Notes under the pieces: generated by a model
Seen by the model: only the letters and a program-made list of their open reading frames with translations
What the model was told of the DNA's origin: nothing
Database searches by the model: none
Program-made: the position numbers and the translations under genes
Source of the DNA: Bryobacterales bacterium
Lineage (GTDB): Bacteria > Acidobacteriota > Terriglobia > Bryobacterales > UBA6623
Assembly (NCBI GenBank): GCA_965248105.1
Contig: CBDFIK010000006.1
Coordinates: 2,145,926-2,209,925, forward strand
Length of the DNA stretch: 64,000 nucleotides
Reading direction: 5' to 3'
Shown: positions 8,207 to 17,676 of the stretch, piece after piece
How the letters are laid out: the number at the start of each line of letters is the position of its first letter
Position numbering within the stretch: position 1 is the stretch's first letter

Positions 8207-10135
8207 TCACTCCTCCTCCTGCGCTCCCGCCAACCGGTTGATCACCGACAGATCTTCTAAGGTCGTGATGTCGCCCGACACTTTGTCGGTGGTGACAATT
8301 TCGCGGAGGAGGCGGCGCATGATTTTGCCGCTGCGGGTCTTGGGGAGGGCTTCGGTGAAGCGGATTTGCTGCGGGCGGGCGAACTTGCCGATTTCCTGCG
8401 CCACCCAAGCGCGCAGAGTCTCGTTTAAATCATCGTTGGCGTCGATGCCTTTTTTGAGGGTCACGAACGCGACCACGGCTTGACCGGTCAACTCGTCCGG
8501 TTTGCCGATCACAGCTGCCTCGGCAACGGTTTCGTGCTTCACGAGCGCCGATTCGAGCTCCGCCGTGCTAAGACGGTGCCCGCTTACGTTCATCACATCG
8601 TCAACTCGACCGAGGACCCAGATGTAGCCGTCCTTGTCACGCCGAGCGGCGTCGCCGGTGAAATAAATCCCCGGAATCTGCGACCAATACTGTTGCTTGT
8701 AACGCTCCGGGTCGCCCCACAATGTCCGAATCATCGCCGGCCACGGCTGGCGGACCACCAAGTAGCCCTCGCCTGTCTCGACCGAGTTGCCTTCCATATC
8801 GACGACATCGGCCACAATGCCGGGCAGCGGGAAGGTCGCCGAGCCGGGTTTGGTCGGCGTGGCTCCCGGCAGCGGGGAGATCATGATCGAGCCGGTTTCG
8901 GTTTGCCACCAAGTGTCCACGATCGGGCAGCGCTCGTGACCGATCGTCTTGTGATACCACTCCCAGGCCGAGGGGTTGATCGGCTCCCCGACGGTTCCCA
9001 GCAGCCGCAGGCTCGATAGATCGTGGCGCTCAGGCCACTGTTCCCCTTGCCGGACAAAGGCCCGGATAGCAGTCGGCGAAGTATAAAAGATATTGACCTT
9101 GTACTTTTCAATGATGCGCCAAAAGCGGTCCGGCTCGGGGAAGTCGGGGGCTCCTTCGTAAATAACCGTCGTGGCGCCGGCCATCAAAGGACCGTAGACG
9201 ATATAGCTATGTCCGGTGACCCAGCCGATGTCGGCGGCGCACCAATAAGTGTCTTCATCCTTGATGTCGAAGACCCAACGCATGGTCGCACTGACCTGCG
9301 CCTGGTAACCCCCCGTCGTATGGACGATGCCCTTGGGCTTGCCCGTGGTGCCCGAGGTGTAGAGAACATAGAGCGGGTGTTCCGCGTCGAGCACCGCGGC
9401 CGGGCATTCCTCGCCCGCGTTTCGCTCCAGCTCGCCCCAATAGTGATCCCGCCCCGCCTTCATCTCGACGTCGCTGTTTGTTCGCTGATAGACGATGCAG
9501 TGTTTGACATTCGGACAGTCTTGCAACGCCTCGTCCGCCGTGTCTTTGAGCCGAACCTCTTTGCCGCGCCGCCAACCACCGTCGGCCGTGATGACGGCTC
9601 TCGCGTCGAGGTCAAGGATGCGTGTCTTCAGCGCCTCCGCCGAGAACCCCCCAAAAACGACGCTGTGGGTAATGCCCAGCCGTGCGCAGGCCAGCATGGC
9701 AATCGGCAGCTCCGGAACCATTGGCATATAGATGATGGAGCGGTCGCCTGTCTTGAGGCCCAACTGCTTCAACACGTTGGCAAACCGCGCTACGCGGCGG
9801 TACAGCTCTTGATAGGTAAGAACGCGCTCGTCGCCGGGCTCGCCTTCCCAAATAATCGCCGCTTTGTTCTTCCGCCAAGTCAGCAAGTGACGGTCAAGGC
9901 AGTTGTAGCTCATGTTCGTCTTGCCGCCGACGAACCACTTGGCAAAAGGCGCATCCCACTCCAACACCCGGGACCACTTTTCGAACCAGTGGAGTTCCTT
10001 CTCCGCCAACTGCCCCCAAAAACCTTCCGGGTCCTCGGTAGCCTGACGATAGATCTCGCGATACTGGTCCATGCTAGAAACAGACGCTTGTTTCGAAAAC
10101 TCCGCGGGCGGTTGATAGAGGGTGTCGGATGCCAT
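8207..10135 (-). CDS. acs: Acetyl-CoA synthetase (AMP-forming)
   Basis: 642 aa. Acs-like along its full length: [35 protein letters not shown], and [10 protein letters not shown] near the C-terminus. Confidence 0.95.
   Translation of the reverse strand: MASDTLYQPPAEFSKQASVSSMDQYREIYRQATEDPEGFWGQLAEKELHWFEKWSRVLEWDAPFAKWFVGGKTNMSYNCLDRHLLTWRKNKAAIIWEGEPGDERVLTYQELYRRVARFANVLKQLGLKTGDRSIIYMPMVPELPIAMLACARLGITHSVVFGGFSAEALKTRILDLDARAVITADGGWRRGKEVRLKDTADEALQDCPNVKHCIVYQRTNSDVEMKAGRDHYWGELERNAGEECPAAVLDAEHPLYVLYTSGTTGKPKGIVHTTGGYQAQVSATMRWVFDIKDEDTYWCAADIGWVTGHSYIVYGPLMAGATTVIYEGAPDFPEPDRFWRIIEKYKVNIFYTSPTAIRAFVRQGEQWPERHDLSSLRLLGTVGEPINPSAWEWYHKTIGHERCPIVDTWWQTETGSIMISPLPGATPTKPGSATFPLPGIVADVVDMEGNSVETGEGYLVVRQPWPAMIRTLWGDPERYKQQYWSQIPGIYFTGDAARRDKDGYIWVLGRVDDVMNVSGHRLSTAELESALVKHETVAEAAVIGKPDELTGQAVVAFVTLKKGIDANDDLNETLRAWVAQEIGKFARPQQIRFTEALPKTRSGKIMRRLLREIVTTDKVSGDITTLEDLSVINRLAGAQEEE
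8221..8277 (-). repeat. Proximal copy of the acs 3'-end direct repeat (inside the intact acs)
   Basis: See 4610-4667. About 85-90% identity over ~57 nt, with a 24-nt perfect core ccgacagatcttctaaggtcgtga. Confidence 0.7.
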
Positions 10136-10404
10136 AGACGGTTCTCCCGGCGGCCGCCTCGCAGGGAGGGCGTGGCGGCTTCATCGTGAACCAAATCACT
10201 ATACACTACGCCGTTCGACGGGCGCAGCGGCTTAACTGCGGGGTGACGGTCACGAGTGGCAGCCCGCTCGGCGATCTCCTCCCAGAGACCCGGCAAAGTG
10301 TCGGATGACAGACAAGGTTGTCTGTGCTTCCTAGCCGGCTTTTCTCACGAGCTGACGGTCGAAGCACGCCATAGCCCGGCGATTACCACATGCTCGAACC
10401 TTGT

Positions 10405-10730
10405 TGACCCAACCGGAATCAAACGGAGCCGCAGGCGCGAGCCTGCGGTCAAGGTGTGAAATGATCTTGACCAGGAGACACGCCAGTCGTTGCGCATAGC
10501 CTGGACTGCACCCTTGCGGGCGCGCGAACTGTGAAGTGCGCCCAAGGACGCCTGACCCTCAGCTAGCCGAACATCACCGTACAGAGCCGCGGGCGTTAGC
10601 CTGCGGGCCCAAGCCCGGTCGGCGTGAATCTGGTCGGTTCTCGCCCCCGGAGCCGCGCCCTTGCGGGCGTGGCTCCGTGTACACATGTTCCGCCTCAAAC
10701 CGCACCTCATCGACCCAACCGGATCAACCC
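10405..10730. repeat. Cluster of GC-rich tetraloop hairpins and short direct repeats in the acs / binding-protein divergent intergenic region
   Basis: Hairpins: ccgcaggc-gcga-gcctgcgg (10429-10448), ccgcgggc-gtta-gcctgcgg (10587-10606), ggagccgcgccc-ttgc-gggcgtggctcc (10649-10676). The motif cccttgcgggcg occurs twice. Direct repeat gacccaaccgga(a)tcaa at ~10407 and ~10712. Confidence 0.6.
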
Positions 10731-10733
10731 GAG

Positions 10734-11600
10734 ATGGAACGAGCAACCGCCCTCGAAAGCGCGTTGTACAATCGAGAGTTGATGCGAAAGCCCGTGGCCG
10801 GCCTACTTGCTCTGTATCTAGCACTCGCCTTGCCCGTCTGGGCGGCTGAACGCGAAAACGTCCGACTGCTTTACATCGGCCCCGCTGAAAGTAGCGCGGT
10901 AAAAGGCGCGCGGCAGGGGTTGAAGGAGGCGAACGTACTCGGAAGATTCACGGGCCACGGTTATCAGTTGACGCAGGTAGGCGAGACGGAAAAGCTAGGA
11001 AGCTGGATTACAAACCTCCAACCGGCAGCCGTGCTGGCAGTACTGGATTCCGGCAAACTTGCGACGCTGAGCGACCGCCTGGCCGACGCCGGCGTCGCTA
11101 TATTCAACCTAACCGCCGGGGACGACATCCTTCGCCGGCAATGCCGGCCCAACTTGCTGCACACCGCGCCCAGCGACCGCATGCGCGCCGATGCCATCAA
11201 CCAGTGGCGCAAGAGGTCGGACTCGGCCGATGTCGAAGCCCTTGCCTGGCACCGGGACTTCAAAAAATTCGCCGGTCGGGAGTTGAACAACCGCTTCCGT
11301 CGAACCCAGGGCGCCGCGATGGACGACGGCGCCTGGGCGGGCTGGGCGGCAGTCAAGATGATTGCCGAGGCGGTGGCACGGACCCGCAGCACGACCCCGA
11401 GCGACATTTTGGTCTACTTGAAAGAAGAAATGGAATTCGACGGACAGAAGGGCGTCCCCCACACGTTTCGCAACACCGGCCAGTTGCGCCAGCCCTTGCT
11501 GATCGTCGAAAACGGCGAGCTTGCCGGTGAAGCGCCGGTTCGCGGCGTCGTGGAGACCGACGATCTCGACAGCCTAGGACTGGCGAGTTGCAAGGAATAG
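10734..11600 (+). CDS. Periplasmic binding protein of the PQQ-dependent alcohol dehydrogenase system type (TIGR03863-like)
   Basis: Signal peptide MRKPVAGLLALYLALALPVWA (alternative start 10782). Family-typical segments: LRRQCRPNLLHTAPSDRMRADAINQW, DDGAWAGWAAVKMIAEAV, GQLRQPLLIV, and the C-terminal DSLGLASC. The upstream part of the 10536 ORF lies in hairpin repeats and is not coding. Confidence 0.7.
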   Translation: MERATALESALYNRELMRKPVAGLLALYLALALPVWAAERENVRLLYIGPAESSAVKGARQGLKEANVLGRFTGHGYQLTQVGETEKLGSWITNLQPAAVLAVLDSGKLATLSDRLADAGVAIFNLTAGDDILRRQCRPNLLHTAPSDRMRADAINQWRKRSDSADVEALAWHRDFKKFAGRELNNRFRRTQGAAMDDGAWAGWAAVKMIAEAVARTRSTTPSDILVYLKEEMEFDGQKGVPHTFRNTGQLRQPLLIVENGELAGEAPVRGVVETDDLDSLGLASCKE

Positions 11601-11657
11601 CGACAGTTGCAGAAGGATCGAATCGTTAGCCCCGAAATCACCTACGGCAAAACAGCT

Positions 11658-12647
11658 ATGACGTTTTCGCTAGCACAAGCCTCCTTCATCAAACAGGCAG
11701 TTTTGGTGGCCGCGGCCTGGGCCGTCTGCGCCGCTTGCTCAAGCGCTGACCCCACCCACCGTCTGTTCGTCACCAACGAGGGCGATAACACGCTGTCGGT
11801 CATTGACACCCGAACCGGCAAGCTGGAAGCTACCATCGAAGTCGGGAATCGTCCACGCGGGATCGGCCTCTCGCCCGACCGAAAGTATGTCTACGTCGCG
11901 AACGGGGATGACAACGCTCTCGCCGTTGTCGATGTCCGCTCTCTCGAGGTTGTCAAGACAATCCCCGCGGGATCGGACCCGGAAGCGTTCGCTGTCCACC
12001 CGAACGGGCACATTTATCTTTCCAACGAGGATGACGGCAAGGCAAGTGTGGTCGATCCACGCTCGGGTGAGATCCTCGCCGAAATTCCCGTCGGCATCGA
12101 GCCGGAAGGCGTCGGCATTTCTCCCGACGGCAAGCTCGTCATGGTCACCAGCGAATCGACCAACATGGTGCACGTGATCTCCGTGTCCACAAACGAAGTC
12201 GTCGACAACATACTGGTGGGCGCCAGGCCGCGGGAAGTGGCCTTCACTCCGGACAGCCGTTGGGCCTACATTAGCTGCGAAGTGGCCGGCCAGGTATTGA
12301 AGCTGGATGTCGAGACGCGGCAAATTGTCAACACGGTAAAGCTGCGCAGACATATCAAGAAAGCCAAGCCGAAAGGCTTGCAGCTCAGCCATGACGCGAA
12401 GACTCTTTACGTCTCGACAGGCCGAGGGTCTGCGATTGCCGTATTGGATGCGGATTCACTGGCAGTCAAAACGACCATCCCCGTAGGAAAACGTGTCTGG
12501 GGGTTGGCGCTCTCACGGGACGGATCCCGCCTGTATTCCGCGAACGGCCTCGACAACACCGTCTCGGTCGTCGATACCGAAAAGAACGTGGAGATCAACA
12601 CGATTGCGGTCGGTGAGCGGCCCTGGGGCGTGGCACTCGACGATTAG
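11658..12647 (+). CDS. YVTN-family beta-propeller, PQQ-dependent catabolism-associated type (TIGR03866-like)
   Basis: Lipoprotein-like signal (..AVCAACSS). Repeats LFVTNEGDNTLSVIDTRTGK, RPRGIGLSPDRKYVYVANGDDN, IEPEGVGISPDGK, TSESTNMVHVI. Confidence 0.85.
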   Translation: MTFSLAQASFIKQAVLVAAAWAVCAACSSADPTHRLFVTNEGDNTLSVIDTRTGKLEATIEVGNRPRGIGLSPDRKYVYVANGDDNALAVVDVRSLEVVKTIPAGSDPEAFAVHPNGHIYLSNEDDGKASVVDPRSGEILAEIPVGIEPEGVGISPDGKLVMVTSESTNMVHVISVSTNEVVDNILVGARPREVAFTPDSRWAYISCEVAGQVLKLDVETRQIVNTVKLRRHIKKAKPKGLQLSHDAKTLYVSTGRGSAIAVLDADSLAVKTTIPVGKRVWGLALSRDGSRLYSANGLDNTVSVVDTEKNVEINTIAVGERPWGVALDD

Positions 12648-12677
12648 CCCCAATGGGAATTACTTAACGGTAAGTCA

Positions 12678-12843
12678 GCCCCCGAAGGGGGCGCGGGATA
12701 ATAGCCCAGGGTGGAGCCATTTTTGGCGCAACCCTGGGGGGAAAGCCAAACACGAATCAGCCCTGGAGGGGCGTAGGAAACAGTGATCGCGGGCTAGCCG
12801 CTTCCGGGCAGAGACACTACACCGGAACCCTCTGTTATCCGCG
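12678..12843. repeat. MITE-like structured intergenic element
   Basis: Hairpins gccccc-gaa-gggggc (12778-12792 region: 12678-12692 by line count) and cccagggt...accctggg (12705-12738). Near-inverted ends cgcgggataa (12692) and ttatccgcg (12835). Confidence 0.35.
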
Positions 12844-12852
12844 ACGCACCCC

Positions 12853-13830
12853 ATGCCGCGAAGACTCCTCGCCCGCATTTCCCTGCTCTGCTGTGCGCTC
12901 TCTGCCGTGGCATGGGGCAGTGAGGTATCCCGCCAAGAGGCTATCGGCTGGCGACTGTTTTTCGACCCCATCCTCTCTCGCCCCCGAAATACTTCGTGCG
13001 GAACGTGCCACAAGCCGGAGCACGGCTTCGAGCAGGGCGTCGCCTTTGGCAAAGGGGCGCACGGCGACGTACTACCGATCAGCACCCCAACAGTGGTCAA
13101 CCTGCAGGAAGCCGACTACTTCTTCTGGGACGGTCGCGCGGAATCGCTCGAAGAGCAGGCCCGGGGCCCGATCACGAACCCGATCGAGATGGATCTGACG
13201 CTGGAGGAAGCGGTAGCCCGGGTGAAGTCCCAATCGCGTTACCGGAAAGCGTTCGCTGCGATCGGTGTAAACGAGATTGCGATCGACGACATCGTCCGTG
13301 CCATTGCGGCCTTCGAGCGAAAACTTATTACCGGCGAAACGGCGTTTGACCGCTGGCTACAAGGGGATCGGAGCGCTTTGAGCGCCTCCCAAGCTCGCGG
13401 ACGGATGATCTTTTTCACCCGTGGTGAGTGCGCCATCTGCCACATGGGGAACAACTTCACCGACAACGACTTCCACAATGTCGGAACCGGAAGCGATACT
13501 GATCCAGGACGCTACAACGTAACGAAGGACGAGGAAGACAAGGGCGCCTTTAAGGTCCCCTCGCTGCGCAACTGGAAAGGACGCGAACCGTTCATGCACG
13601 ACGGCCGGTTCAAGACGTTAGGTGAAGTGATCGAACACTACAGCGATCCGCCACCAGCGAAAGTCGGTGAGTCCGAGCTCGACCCGCTCGATCTCACCCA
13701 AGCTGAAAAAGGCGAGCTACTCGCTTTCCTCGAAGCCCTCAACGGAGACTGGCCGGACTTGTCGGTCTTCGAGATCGCTTGGAAGGAGCTTGTCGGCGAC
13801 GAATCCCCACAGCGTCGCGGGGGCAGGTAG
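12853..13830 (+). CDS. Di-haem cytochrome c peroxidase / MauG family
   Basis: Signal peptide. Two CxxCH sites (CGTCHKPEHGF and CAICHMGNNFTDNDFHN), plus FKVPSLRN and PFMHDGRF. Confidence 0.9.
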   Translation: MPRRLLARISLLCCALSAVAWGSEVSRQEAIGWRLFFDPILSRPRNTSCGTCHKPEHGFEQGVAFGKGAHGDVLPISTPTVVNLQEADYFFWDGRAESLEEQARGPITNPIEMDLTLEEAVARVKSQSRYRKAFAAIGVNEIAIDDIVRAIAAFERKLITGETAFDRWLQGDRSALSASQARGRMIFFTRGECAICHMGNNFTDNDFHNVGTGSDTDPGRYNVTKDEEDKGAFKVPSLRNWKGREPFMHDGRFKTLGEVIEHYSDPPPAKVGESELDPLDLTQAEKGELLAFLEALNGDWPDLSVFEIAWKELVGDESPQRRGGR

Positions 13831-13877
13831 AAAAGCCGCGGATCTCAAAGGCGAGATCGCGCTACGAGCTTGCTCCG

Positions 13878-16433
13878 TCATTGATCGTCAGCCACAGCCA
13901 GAAAAGCTCCGGGCTGAGTGGAAAAGCCACCGACGCTGGCGCTGATGCTGTGGTCTCCAGCTGCGAGAGGCGGGATCGGCACGTTGAACTGATAAAGACC
14001 CGCACCCACCAAACCGGCAAACGATGGAATAACTGGGGTGTCGCCAATCTGGAAAACGACCTCGTTTGCCAAGCGGTCGCGTTGCAGGTCGAACAAGAGG
14101 ATTTCACCTTCAGCGATGCCGCCCGCCGTTTGCCCGAACCCGGTTGCGAAAACCTGAATCGTATCTCCAGGAGCCGCGGGCCGGGTCGGAAGCGCACCGC
14201 CAAACAGATCTCCTGGTCCCACGAAGAATCCATCGAGGTGGACCGCCGCCACGTACTTCCGGTCTTGTGGATTGAACATGAAGAAACCCGGCGCGAACTC
14301 ATCCGCGGTCATCGTGAAGGAGTCTAATGGGCCCTGCGGCGTCGCCACCTGCACGTCGACCGACTCTGCAACTCCCATTACCGGCGAAAGTACATTGAAC
14401 TGAGTAGGACTGATATAGGAGACATAACCGGGGCGTCCGTTGAAGGAAACGCTGAAACCGTCCAAGTCTTCCGGCAGCCGATTGTCCACGAAATCGGAGC
14501 CTCCCCAGATACGCGTTGCCGCATCGACCGGGTCAGTCAAGAAAACGCTGACCCAGGTGTTGGGGGCGAACTGCGGGAAAAAGCTCCCCCCATGCAACAA
14601 GACGGCCGGTGACATAGGGCCCGCAAACTTGACGATTGCCCCGTCGCTCTCACCGCCGCTGTAGTTTTCCCCTATGACTCCGCTGGTAGTCTTGAATTCT
14701 GGGCTGCTGGTCCCGCCAAAGAGCAAGACTCCACCGTCGGAGGTAGTCATAGGACGACTCAGCACCTCTTGCCCGGATCCTCCGATGTAGGTCGAAAACT
14801 CCACGAAATTCGTACTCAAGTTGAACGTTAAGAAATAGGTATCTACTACTCCTGCGAAGCCGGGCTGCAACGCGCCTGGCGAAGATGGCAGGTCGCTTGA
14901 CGATGTAATGCCGCCAATGTGAATCCGATTTTCGGCAGCAACATTAGCAAAGAAGGCGTCGACGCCCGCTCCGCCGATGTAGGTGCCATATTCAAGCGCC
15001 TGAAGATTATTATCCAGGACCACGAGAAATCCATCGTTCTGACCACCGCCAAATGTAGGCTGGAACGCATTAATCGACGCGGGAAAATCTGAAGACGACG
15101 TGATACCCCCGACAACGACCTTGCCATCTCGCGAAATCGCGATGGACAACGCACCGTCAAACATGTCGCCACCAAGCAGGGTTGATGCAATCAGCGAATA
15201 GTCCTCGGCAGCCAGTTTGATGATGAAAGCGCTGGTGCCGCCCCGAAGCAACTGCATGAAGCTGCCGGGCGTGGTCAAAAAATCAGCGGAACTAGTGGCG
15301 CCGGCCAAATAGACGTCACCTTTGTCGTCTGTAGTCAACCACGGACCCAGTTCGAATGCGAGGCCTTCGACTTCAGGATCTACAAACCGAACTGCGTGCA
15401 ACTCGGAACCTGAGCCCCCCAGGAACGTCGAGTATTCAATGCCTGGTTGGTCCAGTCGAAGTACGCTGAAGAAGCCATCGTACTCGAGAGGATTGGTCGC
15501 GCTCCGGCCGCCTTGATGCTGGGTTGACATGGCGCCCGGCGTAATTGGGAAGTCCGTAGAGGCTGTGTAGCCGATTATCAACAGTCGATTTTGGCGATCC
15601 GCGACGATGGCAGTACCGTTGTCGTCCGACGACCCGCCAAGGTAGCTGCTGAAGAGCAGTGTGTCGCCGCTTTCGGACAGTTGGGATACAAACGCGTCGG
15701 GGAGCGCATTGTTGTTGGCCTGAATCGCGTTTAACGACGTCGGAAAGTCCGTCGACCCAGTGAATCCACAGATCGAGATCGATCCGTCCGCCATGATCAC
15801 GATTCCGTTCGGTGCGTCGAAGTTCTGTCCTCCCAGATAGGTCGAGAATACGATTTCCGATGCGTCGGGCCGAAGCATCGTGACGAAGATATCCAAGAAA
15901 CCCGCGTTGTTGTTCTGAGCGGCATTGGCCGAGCGGGGGAAGTCGAGGGAATTCGTGGCTCCGGTGATTACGATATTGCCGTTCTCAGCTAGGGCAAGGC
16001 CGTTAATGAAATCGCCTAATGACCCACCGATAAAGGTCGAGAAAACTAAATCCGGATCGATAATCAAGGGATCTGGGCGAATCGGACCCTCGATTTCAAA
16101 TCCGACGCTGCCATCGTCACGGATTGCGTAGGTTGCTTCCGCTCGAATGAGTCCTTGAGCGGTTTCCCAGAACGCCTTCGGTGCGGTCCAGGTTGCCAGT
16201 CCGACAGCGGTAGAGATCTCGATTTCTCCCTGAGCGTTCAGGCGAATACCGTCGTGACCGCTGAACTGGAGCGCTATCTGATGTACTGCGCCGCCGTGAT
16301 CGAGAATGCGATACCCTAAGCGACCGTTGTTGTTTTGAAATATGAAGTCGACTCCCGGGTAGACGTCCGGGTACAGCACGGAACCATAAAGGGGCACCCC
16401 TTTCATCCATTTCTCGGAGTCGTCGCCTATAAA
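13878..16433 (-). pseudogene. SBBP-repeat beta-propeller protein with Solibacter-type C-terminal domain: 3' 851 codons of a gene split by insertion
   Basis: The 842-aa ORF has many repeats of the form T.S.DFP....A.Q. Its C-terminus is ..FAGLVGAGLYQFNVPIPPLAAGDHSISASVGG.. It has no signal peptide. The frame stays open upstream to 16433 (FIGDDSEKW-MKGVPLYG) and continues fragment 21639-22069. Confidence 0.85.
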
Positions 16434-16535
16434 TGGAGATGTTCACTGAGGCGACTCAGCTAGGCGCGCAAGAGAAGGCGGCTCTGGCTTGCGTTTATGA
16501 TTACGAATGACGCTGACGGTGAAAAGCTGAAGGCC

Positions 16536-16596
16536 AAAAAAGGCCCCTGTAGAAGCTGACCTTAACGCTAGGGTCAGTTTCCGCAGGGGCTTTTTT
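16536..16596. terminator. Bidirectional rho-independent terminator-like hairpin
   Basis: aaaaaa-ggcccctg...(inner ctgacc/ggtcag stem)...caggggc-tttttt. Confidence 0.5.
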
Positions 16597-16802
16597 AGCT
16601 TACGTTGACGGGTGAGAAGGAAAGCGAGGGAGGAAGTGCCACGAAGGTTAGCTAAACCTTGGAGGCCCCCGCTCTCCTTCTCTGGTAGGAGCACTATCAG
16701 ATGCTCCTAGTGGCCAGATAGGGCCAAGCAAAACCTATCCGACCTAAAAGAGAAAAGGGGGCGAATCAACCGAAAAATTCGCTTTTCTTTTCTCTTAAGC
16801 TG

Positions 16803-17525
16803 GTGTTGCGATTTGCTCCTCGAGTGTTCGCCACGCCGAGTGACCCATTCGGTCTCCGAGACGCAGCCGCTGTCATCCATCCAAAGGTGCCCTGGATTGC
16901 CTACCACTTCTTTTGGGAGGATGACATCGACTTTCCCGACGACAACGACCCTTGCGATCACGAACTGATGTGGGTCCGCCTGAATGAAAGGCGAGAGCGG
17001 GTCGTCGATTACTTCACCTATTTTCACGGACGGATTTTAAGGGCCCTACCGGCCGCGGTCGAAGAGGCCAATCGGTCTGGCGGGCAGCCGGCTGTTAGCG
17101 TGCAGTGGGGCAAGCACGGGACGATGCCCGCCGGTTGGCGCAACCTAACAATTGTGGCGGATAATGGCGACACCGAGAGCGACTACTACCCGCTCGACAG
17201 CGAAATCTCGTTGGAGAAGTACAACCGTGGAACGTTCGAGAAACTCTCCAGGGTTGGGCCGCGAGCGGCGTCCTCGCCGCTGGCGAGCAAGTGGCCGAAG
17301 AGGTTTAGCGGAACCTGGGAGGACTTTCTCGATTTTTCTAAGCCCGTGGACGTCCGAGGCATCCTTCGCCGGAAGAAGATGGTCCTGGTCTCATCGTGGA
17401 ACAACAGTGTTCTCGACCGCTACTTGTTGAGGTACAACTTTCGGCCCAAAACGGAATGGCCGCCACAGGTGTGCGAAGACCTCAATAAGGACGGGAGCAT
17501 TCCCACTTCATTCAGGGGAAAATGA
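16803..17525 (+). CDS. Hypothetical protein (passenger gene of the transposition unit)
   Basis: 240-aa ORF with protein-like composition (..HFFWEDDIDFPDDNDPCDHELMWVRL..). Non-ATG start. I do not recognise a family. Confidence 0.45.
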   Translation: MLRFAPRVFATPSDPFGLRDAAAVIHPKVPWIAYHFFWEDDIDFPDDNDPCDHELMWVRLNERRERVVDYFTYFHGRILRALPAAVEEANRSGGQPAVSVQWGKHGTMPAGWRNLTIVADNGDTESDYYPLDSEISLEKYNRGTFEKLSRVGPRAASSPLASKWPKRFSGTWEDFLDFSKPVDVRGILRRKKMVLVSSWNNSVLDRYLLRYNFRPKTEWPPQVCEDLNKDGSIPTSFRGK

Positions 17526-17676
17526 TACGGAAACTATCCCAAGCCTAGTTGCTCGTCTTGTTATCGCAAGTCCAATACGAGTTCTCTCAGCTGGCGGAGG
17601 CCTTCCGGGACCTTACAGCCCACGATCATCGCTCTAACTCTCCATTTGGCGCCTCTTGTTCTATCCACGAACATGG

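Noticed and set aside
9023-10189. 388-aa ORF antisense to acs, plus similar long antisense ORFs at 24363-25019, 33243-34028, 37513-38268, 42794-43570, 59313-60044 and 61488-62126
   Set aside because: These are shadow ORFs typical of high-GC DNA opposite well-supported genes. Their composition is Arg/Pro/Gly-rich, with no motifs and no RBS.
10536-10733. N-terminal 66 residues of the 354-aa ORF
   Set aside because: This stretch overlaps the hairpin repeat cluster. The real protein starts with a signal peptide at 10734 or 10782.
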